Origin: Nemertoderma westbladi
Lineage: Eukaryota > Animalia > Xenacoelomorpha
Reading direction: 5' to 3'
DNA: 64,000 bases
Assembly: GCA_032718475.1 (NCBI GenBank)
Contig: JAUCBJ010001989.1
Span: forward strand, 1 to 64,000
Shown piece after piece: positions 15,001 to 27,755 of the stretch (position 1 is the stretch's first letter; each line of letters starts with the position of its first letter). The translations under genes were made by a program, and so were the position numbers. The notes below the pieces were generated by a model. The model was not told the DNA's origin and ran no database searches. It was given only the letters and a program-made list of their open reading frames with translations.

Positions 15001-18000
15001 ATATCCGACAGTTCCAGCCAACAAACAGAACTTAAACAAAAGATTCTACAATTCCAGCCAACAAACAGAACTTACACAAAATATCCGACAGTTCCAGCCA
15101 ACAAACAAAACTTACACAAAATATGCGACAGTTCCAGACAAAAACAGAACTTACACTAAATATCCGACAGTTCCAGCCAACAAACAGAACTTAAACAAAA
15201 GATTCTACAATTCCAGCCAACAAACAGAACTTACACAAAATATCCGACAGTTCCAGCCAACAAACAGAACTTACATAAAATATCCGACAGGTCCAGGCAA
15301 CAAACAGAACTTAAACAAAATATCCGACAGTCCCAGCCAACAAATAGAACTTCACAAAATATGCGACAGTTCCAGCCAACAAACAGAACTTACATAAAAT
15401 ATCCGACAGGTCCAGGCAACAACCAGAACTTACACAAAATATCCGACAGTTCCAGCCAACAAACAGAACTTACATAAAATATCCGACAGTTCCAGGCAAC
15501 AACCAGAACTTACACAAAATATCCGACAGTTCCAGCCAACAAACATAACTTACATAAAATATCCGACAGGTTCAGGCAACAAACAGAACTTACACAAAAT
15601 ATCCGACAGTTCCAGCCAACAAACATAACTTACATAAAATATCCGACAGGTCCAGGCAACAACCAGAACTTACACAAAATATCCGACAGTTCCAGCCAAC
15701 AAACATAACTTACATAAAATATCCGACAGGTCCAGGCAACAAACAGAACTTACACAAAATATCCGACAGTTCCAGCCAACAAACATAACTTACATAAAAT
15801 ATCCGACAGGTCCAGGCAACAAACAGAACTTACACAAAATATCCGACAGTTCCAGCCAACAAACATAACTTACATAAAATATCCGACAGGTCCAGGCAAC
15901 AACCAGAACTTACACAAAATATCCGACAGTTCCAGCCAACAAACATAACTTACATAAAATATCCGACAGGTCCAGGCAACAAACAGAACATACACAAAAT
16001 ATCCGACAGTTCCAGACAAAAACAGAACTTACACTAAATATCCGACAGTTCCAGCCAACAAACAGAACTTAAACAAAAGATTCTACAATTCCAGCCAACA
16101 AACAGAACTTACACAAAATATCCGACAGTTCCAGCCAACAAACAAAACTTACACAAAATATGCGACAGTTCCAGACAAAAACAGAACTTACACTAAATAT
16201 CCGACAGTTCCAGCCAACAAACAGAACTTAAACAAAAGATTCTACAATTCCAGCCAACAAACAGAACTTACACAAAATATCCGACAGTTCCAGCCAACAA
16301 ACAGAACTTACATAAAATATCCGACAGGTCCAGGCAACAAACAGAACTTAAACAAAATATCCGACAGGTCCAGGCAACAAATAGAACTTCACAAAATATG
16401 CGACAGTTCCAGCCAACAAACAGAACTTACATAAAATATCCGACAGTTCCAGCCAACAAACATAACTTACACAAAATATCCGACAGTTCCAGCCAACAAA
16501 CATAACTTACATAAAATATCCGACAGGTCCAGGCAACAAACAGAACTTACACAAAATATCCGACAGTTCCAGGCAACAAATAGAACTTCACAAAATATGC
16601 GACAGTTCCAGCCAACAAATAGAACTTACACAAAATATCCGACAGTTCCAGACAAAAAAACAGAACTTAAACAAAAGATTCGACAATTCCAGCCAACAAA
16701 CAAAACTTACACAAAATATGCGACAGTTCCAGACAAAAACAGAACTTACACTAAATATCCGACAGTTCCAGCCAACAAACAGAACTTAAACAAAAGATTC
16801 TACAATTCCAGCCAACAAACAGAACTTACATAAAATATCCGACAGTTCCAGCCAACAAACATAACTTACATAAAATATCCGACAGGTCCAGGCAACAAAC
16901 AGAACTTACACAAAATATCCGACAGTTCCAGGCAACAAATAGAACTTCACAAAATATGCGACAGTTCCAGCCAACAAATAGAACTTACACAAAATATCCG
17001 ACAGTTCCAGACAAAAAAACAGAACTTAAACAAAAGATTCGACAATTCCAGCCAACAAACGGAACTTACACAAAATATCCGACAGTTCCAGCCAACAATC
17101 AGAACTTACACAAAATATCCGACAGTTCCAGACAAAAAACAGAACTTACACAAAATATCCGACAGGTCCAGGCAACAAACAGAACTTACACAAAATATGC
17201 GACAGTTCCAGGCAACAAATAGTACTAACACAAAATATCCGACAGTTCCAGCCAACAAATAGAACTTACACAAAATATCCGACAGTCCAGACAAAAAACA
17301 GAACTTACACAAAATATCCGACAGTTCCAGCCAACAAATAGAACTTACACAAAATATCCGACAGTTCCAACCAACAAATAGAACTTACACAAAATATCCG
17401 ACAGTTCCAGCCAACAATAAGAACTTACACAAAATATCCGACAGTCCCAGCCAACAATAAGAACTTACACAAAATATCCGACAGTTCCAGCCAACAAATA
17501 GAACTTATACAAAATATCCGACAGTCCAGACAAAAAAACAGAACTTACACAAAATATCCGACAGTTCCAGCCAACAAATAGAACTTACACAAAATATCCG
17601 ACAGTTCCAGGCAACAAATAGTACTTACACAAAATATCCGACAGTCCCAGCAAACAAATAGAACTTACACAAAATATCCGACAGTTCCAGGCAACAAATA
17701 AAACTTACACAAAATATCCGACAGTTCCAGGCAACAAATAGTACTTACACAAAATATCCGACAGTTCCAGACAAAAAACAGAACTTAAACAAAATATCCG
17801 ACAGTTCCAGGCAACAAATAGAACTTACACAAATTATCGGACAGGTCCAGCCAACAATCAGAACTTACACAAAATATCCGACAATTCGAGCCAACAAACA
17901 GAACATACACAAAATATCCGACAGTTCCAGACAAAAACAGAACTTACACTAAATATCCGACAGTTCCAGCCAACAAACAGAACTTAAACAAGAGATTCTA

Positions 18001-21000
18001 CAATTCCAGCCAACAAACAGAACTTACACAAAATATCCGACAGTTCCAGCCAACAAACAAAACTTACACAAAATATGCGACAGTTCCAGACAAAAACAGA
18101 ACTTACACTAAATATCCGACAGTTCCAGCCAACAAACAGAACTTAAACAAAAGATTCTACAATTCCAGCCAACAAACAGAACTTACACAAAATATCCGAC
18201 AGTTCCAGCCAACAAACAGAACTTACATAAAATATCCGACAGGTCCAGGCAACAAACAGAACTTAAACAAAATATCCGACAGTCCCAGCCAACAAATAGA
18301 ACTTCACAAAATATGCGACAGTTCCAGCCAACAAACAGAACTTACATAAAATATCCGACAGGTCCAGGCAACAATCAGAACTTACACAAAATATCCGACA
18401 GTTCCAGCCAACAAACAGAACTTACACAAAATATCCGACAGTTCCAGACAAAAACAGAACTTACACTAAATATCCGACAGTTCCAGCCAACAAACAGAAC
18501 TTAAACAAAAGATTCTACAATTCCAGCCAACAAACAGAACTTACACAAAATATCCGACAGTTCCAGCCAACAAACAAAACTTACACAAAATATGCGACAG
18601 TTCCAGACAAAAACAGAACTTACACTAAATATCCGACAGTTCCAGCCAACAAAAAGAACTTAAACAAAAGATTCTACAATTCCAGCCAACAAACAGAACT
18701 TACACAAAATATCCGACAGTTCCAGCCAACAAACAGAACTTACATAAAATATCCGACAGTTCCAGCCAACAAACAGAACTTACATAAAATATCCGACAGG
18801 TCCAGGCAACAATCAGAACTTACACAAAATATCCGACAGTTCCAGCCAACAAACAGAACTTACATAAAATATCCGACAGTTCCAGCCAACAAACATAACT
18901 TACATAAAATATCCGACAGGTCCAGGCAACAAACAGAACTTACACAAAATATCCGACAGTTCCAGGCAACAAATAGAACTTCACAAAATATGCGACAGTT
19001 CCAGCCAACAAATAGAACTTACACAAAATATCCGACAGTTCCAGACAAAAAAACAGAACTTAAACAAAAGATTCGACAATTCCAGCCAACAAACGGAACT
19101 TACACAAAATATCCGACAGTTCCAGCCAACAATCAGAACTTACACAAAATATCCGACAGTTCCAGACAAAAAACAGAACTTACACAAAATATCCGACAGG
19201 TCCAGGCAACAAACAGAACTTACACAAAATATGCGACAGTTCCAGGCAACAAATAGTACTAACACAAAATATCCGACAGTTCCAGACAAAAAAACAGAAC
19301 TTAAACAAAAGATTCGACAATTCCAGCCAACAAACGGAACTTACACAAAATATCCGACAGTTCCAGCCAACAATCAGAACTTACACAAAATATCCGACAA
19401 TTCCAGACAAAAAAACAGAACTTACACAAAATATCCGACAGTTCCAGCCAACAATCAGAACTTACACAAAATATCCGACAATTCGAGCCAACAAACAGAA
19501 CATACACAAAATATCCCACAGTTCCAGACAAAAACAGAACTTACACTAAATATCCGACAGTTCCAGCCAACAAACAGAACTTAAACAAAAGATTCTACAA
19601 TTCCAGCCAACAATCAGAACTTACACAAAATATCCGACAGTTCCAGACAAAAAACAGAACTTAAACAAAATATCTGACAGTTCCAGGCAACAAATAGAAC
19701 TTACACAAATTATCCGACAGGTCCAGCCAACAATCAGAACTTACACAAAATATCCGACAGTTCGAGACAAAAAAACAGAACTTACACAAAATATCCGACA
19801 ATTCCAGCCAACAAACAGAACTTACACAAAATATCCGGCAGGTACAGCCAACAAACAAAATTTATACAAAATTTACGAAAACTGGTGCGCGCCCTGGTCA
19901 CTGGAGGTATCATAGCTTCAAATCTTTAAGGTGTGTGTAAACTGGATCTTTTACTAGTGACCGTGTATATAATTAATTTCAGTTATATTGCGGCCAACAG
20001 GCCTTTAACGAACTGATAGGTACCTACCTACAAAGTGCAGTTGGCAGTCTGTATAGTAGTGAGTTTTGTAGGTAGGTACCTATCAGTCCGTTAAAGGCCT
20101 GTTGGCCGCAATATAACTGAAATTAATTATATACACGGTCACTAGTAAAAGATCCAGTTTACACACACCTTAAAGATTTGAAGCTATAATTTATACAAAA
20201 TATCCGACAGTTCCAGGCAACAAACAGAACTTACACAAAAGATCCAACAGTTCCAGCCAACAAATATAATTTATACAAAATATCCGACAGTTCCATCCAA
20301 CAACAGAACTTACACAAAAGATCCGACAATTCCAGCCAACAAACAAAACTTACACAAAATATCCGACAGTTCCATCCAACAACAGAACTTACACAAAAGA
20401 TCCGACAATTCCAGCCAACAAACAGAACTTACACAAAATATCCGACAGGTACAGCCAACAAACATAATTTATACAAAATATCCGACAGTTCCAGCCAACA
20501 AATATAATTTATACAAAATATCCGACAGTTCCATCCAACAACAGAACTTACACAAAAGATCCGACAATTCAGGCCAACAAACAGAACTTACACAAAATAT
20601 CCGACAATTCCAGCCAACAAACAGAACTTACACAAAATATCCGGCAGGTAAAGCCAACAAACATAATTTATACAAAATATCCGACAATTCGAGCCAACAA
20701 ACAGAACTTACACAAAATATTCGACAGTTCCAGCCAACAAACAAAACTTACACAAAATATCCGACAGTTCCAGGCAACAAACAGAACTTACACAAAATAT
20801 CCGGCAGGTAAAGCCAACAAACATAATTTATACAAAATATCCGACAATTCGAGCCAACAAACAGAACTTACACAAAATATCCAACAGTTCCAGCCAACAA
20901 ATATAATTTATACAAAATATCCGACAGTTCCATCCAACAACAGAACTTACACAAAAGATCCGACAATTCCAGCCAACAAACAAAACTTACACAAAATATC

Positions 21001-24000
21001 CGACAGTTCCATCCAACAACAGAACTTACACAAAAGATCCGACAATTCCAGCCAACAAACAGAACTTACACAAAATATCCGACAGGTACAGCCAACAAAC
21101 ATAATTTATACAAAATATCCGACAGTTCCAGCCAACAAATATAATTTATACAAAATATCCGACAGTTCCATCCAACAACAGAACTTACACAAAAGATCCG
21201 ACAATTCAGGCCAACAAACAGAACTTACACAAAATATCCGACAATTCCAGCCAACAAACAGAACTTACACAAAATATCCGGCAGGTAAAGCCAACAAACA
21301 TAATTTATACAAAATATCCGACAATTCGAGCCAACAAACAGAACTTACACAAAATATTCGACAGTTCCAGCCAACAAACAAAACTTACACAAAATATCCG
21401 ACAGTTCCAGGCAACAAACAAAACTTACCCAAAATATCTGACAGTTCCAGCCAACAAACAGAACTTACACAAAAGATCCGACAGTTCCAGCCAACAATCA
21501 GAACTTACACAAAAGATCCGACAATTCCAGCCAACAAACAGAACTTACACAAAATATCCCACAGTTCCAGCCAATAAACATAATTTATAGAAAATATCCG
21601 ACAGTTCCAGCCAACAAACAGAACTTACACAAAATATGCGACAGTTCCAGTCAACAAACAGAACTTACACAAAATATGGGACAGTTCCAGGCAACAAACA
21701 GAACTTACACAAAATATGGGACAGTTCCAGCCAAAAAACAAAACTTACACAAAATATCCGACAGTTCCAGGCAACAAACAAAACTTACCCAAAACATCCG
21801 ACAGTTCCAGCCAACAAGCAGAACTTACACAAGAGATCCGTCAGTTCCAGCCAACAATCAGAACTTACACAAAAGATCCGACAATTCCAGCCAACAAACA
21901 GAACTTACACAAAATATGGGACAGTTCCAGGCAACAAACAAAACTTACCCAAAACATCCGACAGTTCCAGCCAACAAACAGAACTTACACAAAAGATCCG
22001 TCAGTTCCAGCCAACAATCAGAACTTACACAAAATATCCGACAATTCGAGCCAACAAACAGAACATACACAAAATATCCGACAGCTCCAGACAAAAACAG
22101 AACTTACACTAAATATCCGACAGTTCCAGCCAACAAACAGAACTTACATAAAATATCCGACAGGTCCAGGCAACAAACAGAACTTACACAAAATATCCGA
22201 CAGGTCCAGCCAACAAACAGAACTTACACAAAATATCCGACAGTTCCAGCCAACAAACAAAACTTACACAAAATATTCGACAGTTCCAGGCAACAAATAG
22301 AACTAACACATAATATCCGACAGTTCCAGGCAACAAATAGAACTTCACAAAATATGCGACAGTTCCAGCCAACAAATAGAACTTACACAAAATATCCGAC
22401 AGTTCCAGGCAACAAATAGAACTAACACAAAATATCCGACAGTTCCAGGCAACAAATAGAACTTCACAAAATATGCGACAGTTCCAGCCAACAAATAGAA
22501 CTTACACAAAATATCCGACAGTTCCAGGCAACAAACAGAACTTAAACAAAAGATTCGACAATTCCAGCCAACAAACGGAACTTACACAAAATATCCGACA
22601 GTTCCAGCCAAAAATCAGAACTTACACAAAATATCCGACAGTTCCAGACAAAAAAACAGAACTTACACAAAATATCCGACAGTTCCAGCCAACAATCAGG
22701 ACTTACACAAAATATCCGACAATTCGAGCCAACAAACAGAACATACACAAAATATCCGACAGTTCCAGACAAAAACAGAACTTACACTAAATATCCGACA
22801 GTTCCAGCCAACAAACAGAACTTAAACAAAAGATTCTACAATTCCAGCCAACAAACGGAACTTACACAAAATATCCGACAGTTCCAGCCAACAATCAGAA
22901 CTTACACAAAATATCCGACAGTTCCAGACAAAAAAACAGAACTTACACAAAATATCCGACAGTTCCAGCCAACAATCAGAACTTACACAAAATATCCGAC
23001 AATTCGAGCCAACAAACAGAACATACACAAAATATCCGACAGTTCCAGACAAAAACAGAACTTACACTAAATATCCGACAGTTCCAGCCAACAAACATAA
23101 CTTAAACAAAAGATTCTACAATTCCAGCCAACAAACAGAACTTACACAAAATATCCGACAGTTCCAGCCAACAATCAGAACTTAAACCAAATATCCGACA
23201 GTCTAGATAAAAAACAGAACTTACACAAAATATCCGACAGTTCCAGCCAACAATCAGAACTTACACAAAATATCCGACAGTTCCAGCCAACAAATATAAT
23301 TTATACAAAATATCCGACAGTTCCATCCAACAACAGAACTTACACAAAATATCCGACAGTTCCAGTCAACAATCAGAACTTACACAAAATATCCGACAGT
23401 CCAGATAAAAAACAGAACTTACATAAAAGATCTGACAATTCCAGCCAACAATCAGAACTTACACAAAATATCCGACAGTTCCAGCCAAAAACATAATTTA
23501 TACAAAATATGCGACAGTTCCAGCCAACAGATATAACTTACATAGCATATCCGACAATTCCAGCCAATATACATAAACTTACACAAAATATCCGACAGTT
23601 CCAGCCAACAAATAGGACTTACACAAAATATGCGACAGTTCCAGACAGCAGATATAACTTACATAGCATATCCGACACTTCACGCCAATAAACATAAACT
23701 TACACAAAATATCCGACAGTTCCAGCCAACATATAGGACTTACACAAAATATCCGACAGTTCCAGCCAATAAACATAAACTTACACAAAATCGACAGTTA
23801 CAGGCAACAAATAGAACTTACACAAAATATCCGACAGTCCAGACAATAAACATAAACTGACACAAAATATCCGACAGTCCAGACAAAACAACAGAACTTA
23901 CACAAAATATCCCACAGTTCCAGGCAACAAATATAACTTACACAAAATATCCAACAGTTCCAGGCAACAAATAGGACTTACACAAAATATCCGACAGTCC

Positions 24001-25774
24001 CAGCCAATAAACATAAACTTACACAAAATCGACAGTTCCAGGCAACAAATAGGACTTCCACAAATTATCCGACGGTTCCAGGCAACATATAGAACTTACA
24101 CAAAATATCCGACAGTTCCAGGCAATAAACATAAACTTACACAAAATCGACAGTTACAGGCAACAAATAGAACTTACACAAAATATCCGACAGTCCAGAC
24201 AAAAAAACAGAACTTACACAAAATATCCCACAGTTCCAGGCAACAAATAGAACTTACACAAAATATCCGACAGTTCCAGCCAACAATAAGAACTTGCACA
24301 AAATATCCGACAGTTCCAGCCAACAATAAGAACTTACACAAAATATCCGACAGTCCCAGCCAACAATAAGAACTTACACAAAATATCCGACAGTTCCAGC
24401 CAACAAATAGAACTTACACAAAATATCCGACAGTCCAGACAAAAAAAACAGAACTTACACAAAATATCCGACAGTTCCAGCCAACAAATAGAACTTACAC
24501 AAAATATCCGACAGTTCCAACCAACAAATAGAACTTACACAAAATATCCGACAGTTCCAGCCAACAATAAGAACTTACACAAAATATCCGACAGTCCCAG
24601 CCAACAATAAGAACTTACACAAAATATCCGACAGTTCCAGCCAACAATAAGAACTTACACAAAATATCCGACAGTTCCAGCCAACAATAAGAACTTACAC
24701 AAAATATCAGACAGTTCCAGCCAACAAATAGAACTTACACAAAATATCCGACAGTCCCAGCCAACAAATAGAACTTACACAAAATATCCGACAGTCCCAG
24801 CCAACAATAAGAACTTACACAAAATATCCGACAGTCCCAGCCAACAATAAGAACTTACACAAAATATCCGACAGTCCCAGCCAACAAATAGAACTTACAC
24901 AAAATATCCGACAGTCCCAGCCAACAATAAGAACTTACACAAAATATCCGACAGTTCCAGCCAACGATAAGTACTTACACAAAATATCCGACAGTTCCAG
25001 CCAACAATAAGAACTTACACAAAATATCCGACAGTCCCAGGCAACAATAAGAAGTTACACAAAATATCCGACAGTTCCAGCCAACAAATAGAACTTACAC
25101 AAAATATCCGACAGTCCAGACAAAAAACAGAACTTACACAAAATATCCGACAGTTCCAGCCAACAAATAGAACTTACACAAAATATCCGACAGTTCCAAC
25201 CAACAAATAGAACTTACACAAAATATCCGACAGTTCCAGCCAACAATAAGAACTTACACAAAATATCCGACAGTCCCAGCCAACAATAAGAACTTACACA
25301 AAATATCCGACAGTTCCAGCCAACAAATAGAACTTACACAAAATATCCGACAGTCCAGACAAAAAAACAGAACTTACACAAAATATCCGACAGTTCCAGC
25401 CAACAAATAGAACTTACACAAAATATCCGACAGTTCCAGGCAACAAATAGTACTTACACAAAATATCCGACAGTCCCAGCAAACAAATAGAACTTACACA
25501 AAATATCCGACAGTTCCAGGCAACAAATAGAACTTACACAAAATATCCGACAGTTCCAGGCAACAAATAGTACTTACACAAAATATCCGACAGTCCCAGC
25601 AAACAAATAGAACTTACACAAAATATCCGACAGTTCCAGGCAACAAATAGGACTTACACAAAATATCCGACAGTCCCAGCCAACAAATAGGACTTACACA
25701 AAATATCCGACAGTTCCAGCAAACAAATAGAACTTACACAAAATATCCGACAGTCCCAGCTAACAACCGACAGT
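1..25774. repeat. 40-bp tandem satellite array (consensus CAGAACTTACACAAAATATCCGACAGTTCCAGCCAACAAA), about 635 units, running off the left edge of the window
   Basis: The 40-bp period is directly visible. Units are contiguous with point variants (e.g. ATGGGAC, CAGGCAAC, CATAAAA, AATAG) and occasional 39-, 41- or 30-bp units. The + strand is strongly A/C-rich. The array ends at ...CCGACAGT 25774. Confidence 0.99.
19873..20187. mobile_element. Foldback/MITE-like insert in the satellite: 123-bp inverted arms (19912-20034 / 20065-20187) around a 30-bp spacer, plus 39 unpaired bp on the left
   Basis: The arms are reverse complements with one mismatch (20011/20088). The insert is flanked by a 14-bp direct repeat AATTTATACAAAAT (19859-19872 and 20188-20201), which is itself satellite sequence. 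Confidence 0.8.
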
Positions 25775-25878
25775 ATTTGTCTCGGTCCGTAATCTTCCGA
25801 TAATCAATAATTGTGGCTTCAGCAGTAAATATATTGCGGAAATTAATTCGTAACAAAGCAATCTTTGAATCGATCAAA
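25734..25878 (-). CDS. Giant cadherin-like gene, exon 18 in window (C-terminal part of 7th MAD-like domain); 3' boundary ambiguous, abuts the satellite
   Basis: Strong acceptor TTTAATTTCTTCTGTTTTATAG, phase 2, matching the previous exon. Translates SLIDSKIALLRINFRNIFTAEATIIDYRKITDRDKYC. Candidate donors lie after 25768, 25765 or 25738 (GTAAGT); otherwise TAA at 25736-25734. Confidence 0.75.
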
Positions 25879-26908
25879 CTATAAAACAGAAGAAATTAAA
25901 AATATTAATTTAAATATAAATATAAATATAGAGGGCGGTGCACTCGATTTTCGAATTTTGATATATTTTTAAAAATGACCCAATAAAAATTTAAAAAATT
26001 TAAAAAATAATATACTTTTTGCGCCAATACACATATATATTTTTGAACAAAAATGCATACATTAGGTCCTATCTTAGATATTTGTATCTCCGCAAAATCA
26101 ATTAAACAATTAATGACAATTAAATGCTTTCTGCGTCAAATAAATTTCAACCCTTTCGCACGTAATTCAAGATTCTATGTGCTCCCCCAAAAACATAAAG
26201 TAAAATCACATATATCTAAAGTCTGTCGGTCTTTCTGTCAGTTTGTCTGTCAAGACTTAAGAAGAATAAAATCTACTATCGTTTGGGGGTTTTAAGGGTT
26301 TGTAATTTCATTTCTGATGTCAGTTTTCACGTTTACATAAATCTTGTCTGTCTGTCTGTCGGTCTGTCTGTCAGTCTGTACTACTGTACAACTTGGTTGG
26401 CATTACGCCATATACCTAACACTAATAATACTGTCTACAAAGTGCAGAAGTAGTAGAACGACATCCAGACTCGATAATACCTACTGTAACATTTGCCTAA
26501 ATGCGCTAAAAACAGCAATATAGTAATAGTTAAGCACATAATATGATCTACAAACCCATAGAGTTAAATACAAACCCGTGACGCATACGCCGGCGTCATA
26601 GTGCATATGGTGGAGACGCATATACGCCTGTATCATAGGTCCGAACGGTTAAAGTATGGTTAGAAAGTACTAGCAGTAATTAAATTTACCGGTAAGTTGT
26701 TGGGTAAGTTAAACTAATAATGATATCATTACTAATTGGGATCCCAAGAAAAGATTGCTCCATTTCCTATAGCTCCTACTGTCTCAAAGTAAATCTCAAT
26801 AAAAAAAACGGCGTCATAAATCTCAAAATATGCAATAAGTTCAGTGTACTATTTATTATACTTACAGTATATATTACAATATTAGATTATCTTTAATGAG
26901 TCGCAAAC

Positions 26909-27079
26909 CTCTTTATTTGAGCATCAGAAATGAGTGAATATTGATCGTTATTATTTACAATGAATATGGCGATAGTCAATGTGGAAGACACCGGTGTGGC
27001 ATATTGGCATTCAAATATTCGAGTTTCTATACGTTCCACATTCACAATGTATTCTGTACCGAAAGCCAATTCCAAAGTC
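26909..27079 (-). CDS. Giant cadherin-like gene, exon 17 (MAD-like domain)
   Basis: Acceptor TTTTCTATTCCTAG, donor AG|GTTTGC, phase 2-2. Translates TLELAFGTEYIVNVERIETRIFECQYATPVSSTLTIAIF. Confidence 0.8.
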
Positions 27080-27214
27080 CTAGGAATAGAAAAAAAGGGG
27101 CGAATAAAAACAAAGTATATTTAATTTATTATTTTATATTTATTCATTCAATATTATATTCCTCATTGTAATTAAATATATTATTGGCGACTACCTATAC
27201 TACTAGCAACATAC

Positions 27215-27491
27215 CTTTCTATTTCGAATCGTTTTTGGTAGGAATCAATAGGAGCGATGTTGGTATGTATTAGTATACTGGTACTATCTCCACTAAGACC
27301 AACCACAACCTGGGCGGGTTCACTTTCTTTGCCCGTATCATCAGTGGCCACTGCTTCTATGACATATACTGCACCCTCGTCACTGCTTTGGAACGCTTTC
27401 ACATTTCTTATCAACCCAGTTTCATACATAATTTCAAATGGTGCTGTATTTGGGTTGTTTAGAGTGTAGAATATATTATTTGCTCGGGGCA
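27215..27491 (-). CDS. Giant cadherin-like gene, exon 16 (cadherin domain end plus MAD start)
   Basis: Acceptor TTTTATCTTCTTAG, donor AG|GTATGT, phase 1-2. ETGLIRNVKAF...VATDDTGKESEPAQVVVGL...HTNIAP resembles the PCDH15 EC11-MAD12 junction (recalled pattern VIATDDYGKG..ADVLVSVVN...SNVPP). Confidence 0.88.
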
Positions 27492-27755
27492 CTAAGAAGA
27501 TAAAATGTAGTATTAGACAAAATATTCTAATAAACTACATATACGTTCGCAGAACACTTTATACATGTCGTTTGTAGGCTCTATCTATATCTTACTGTAT
27601 TTTGCCCAGATTATAATAATTTTGTTGGTAGGCTTAGGGTATTTCGAGCGCCATATTCATTTATCAATCAATCCATATAAATTGAAATATTTGAAATTAA
27701 CTTTAAAACTATTTAGTTCAGTTTATATGAATAACACAATACATGGTTCGATGCA

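Noticed and set aside
17-23860. Dozens of ORFs in the satellite (QQTELTQNIRQFQPTNRTYTKYPTVPANKQNLHKISDSS...)
   Set aside because: The 40-bp unit has no stop on the + strand, so all three frames give the same rotating peptide. Indels and stops are unconstrained, so these are not protein-coding.
1-25774. CRISPR array
   Set aside because: Units are contiguous with no unique spacers, there are no cas genes, and the context is eukaryotic and intron-containing.
25930-26650. (TGTC)n-containing and TTAA-ended fragments possibly from Helentron/piggyBac-type elements
   Set aside because: Ends and family could not be defined from the sequence alone.
26690-26790. Possible terminal exon with GPI-like tail (RKWSNLFLGSQLVMISLLV*)
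   Set aside because: The acceptor is poor, and a much better in-phase exon completing the MAD exists at 25878. Alternative use cannot be excluded.
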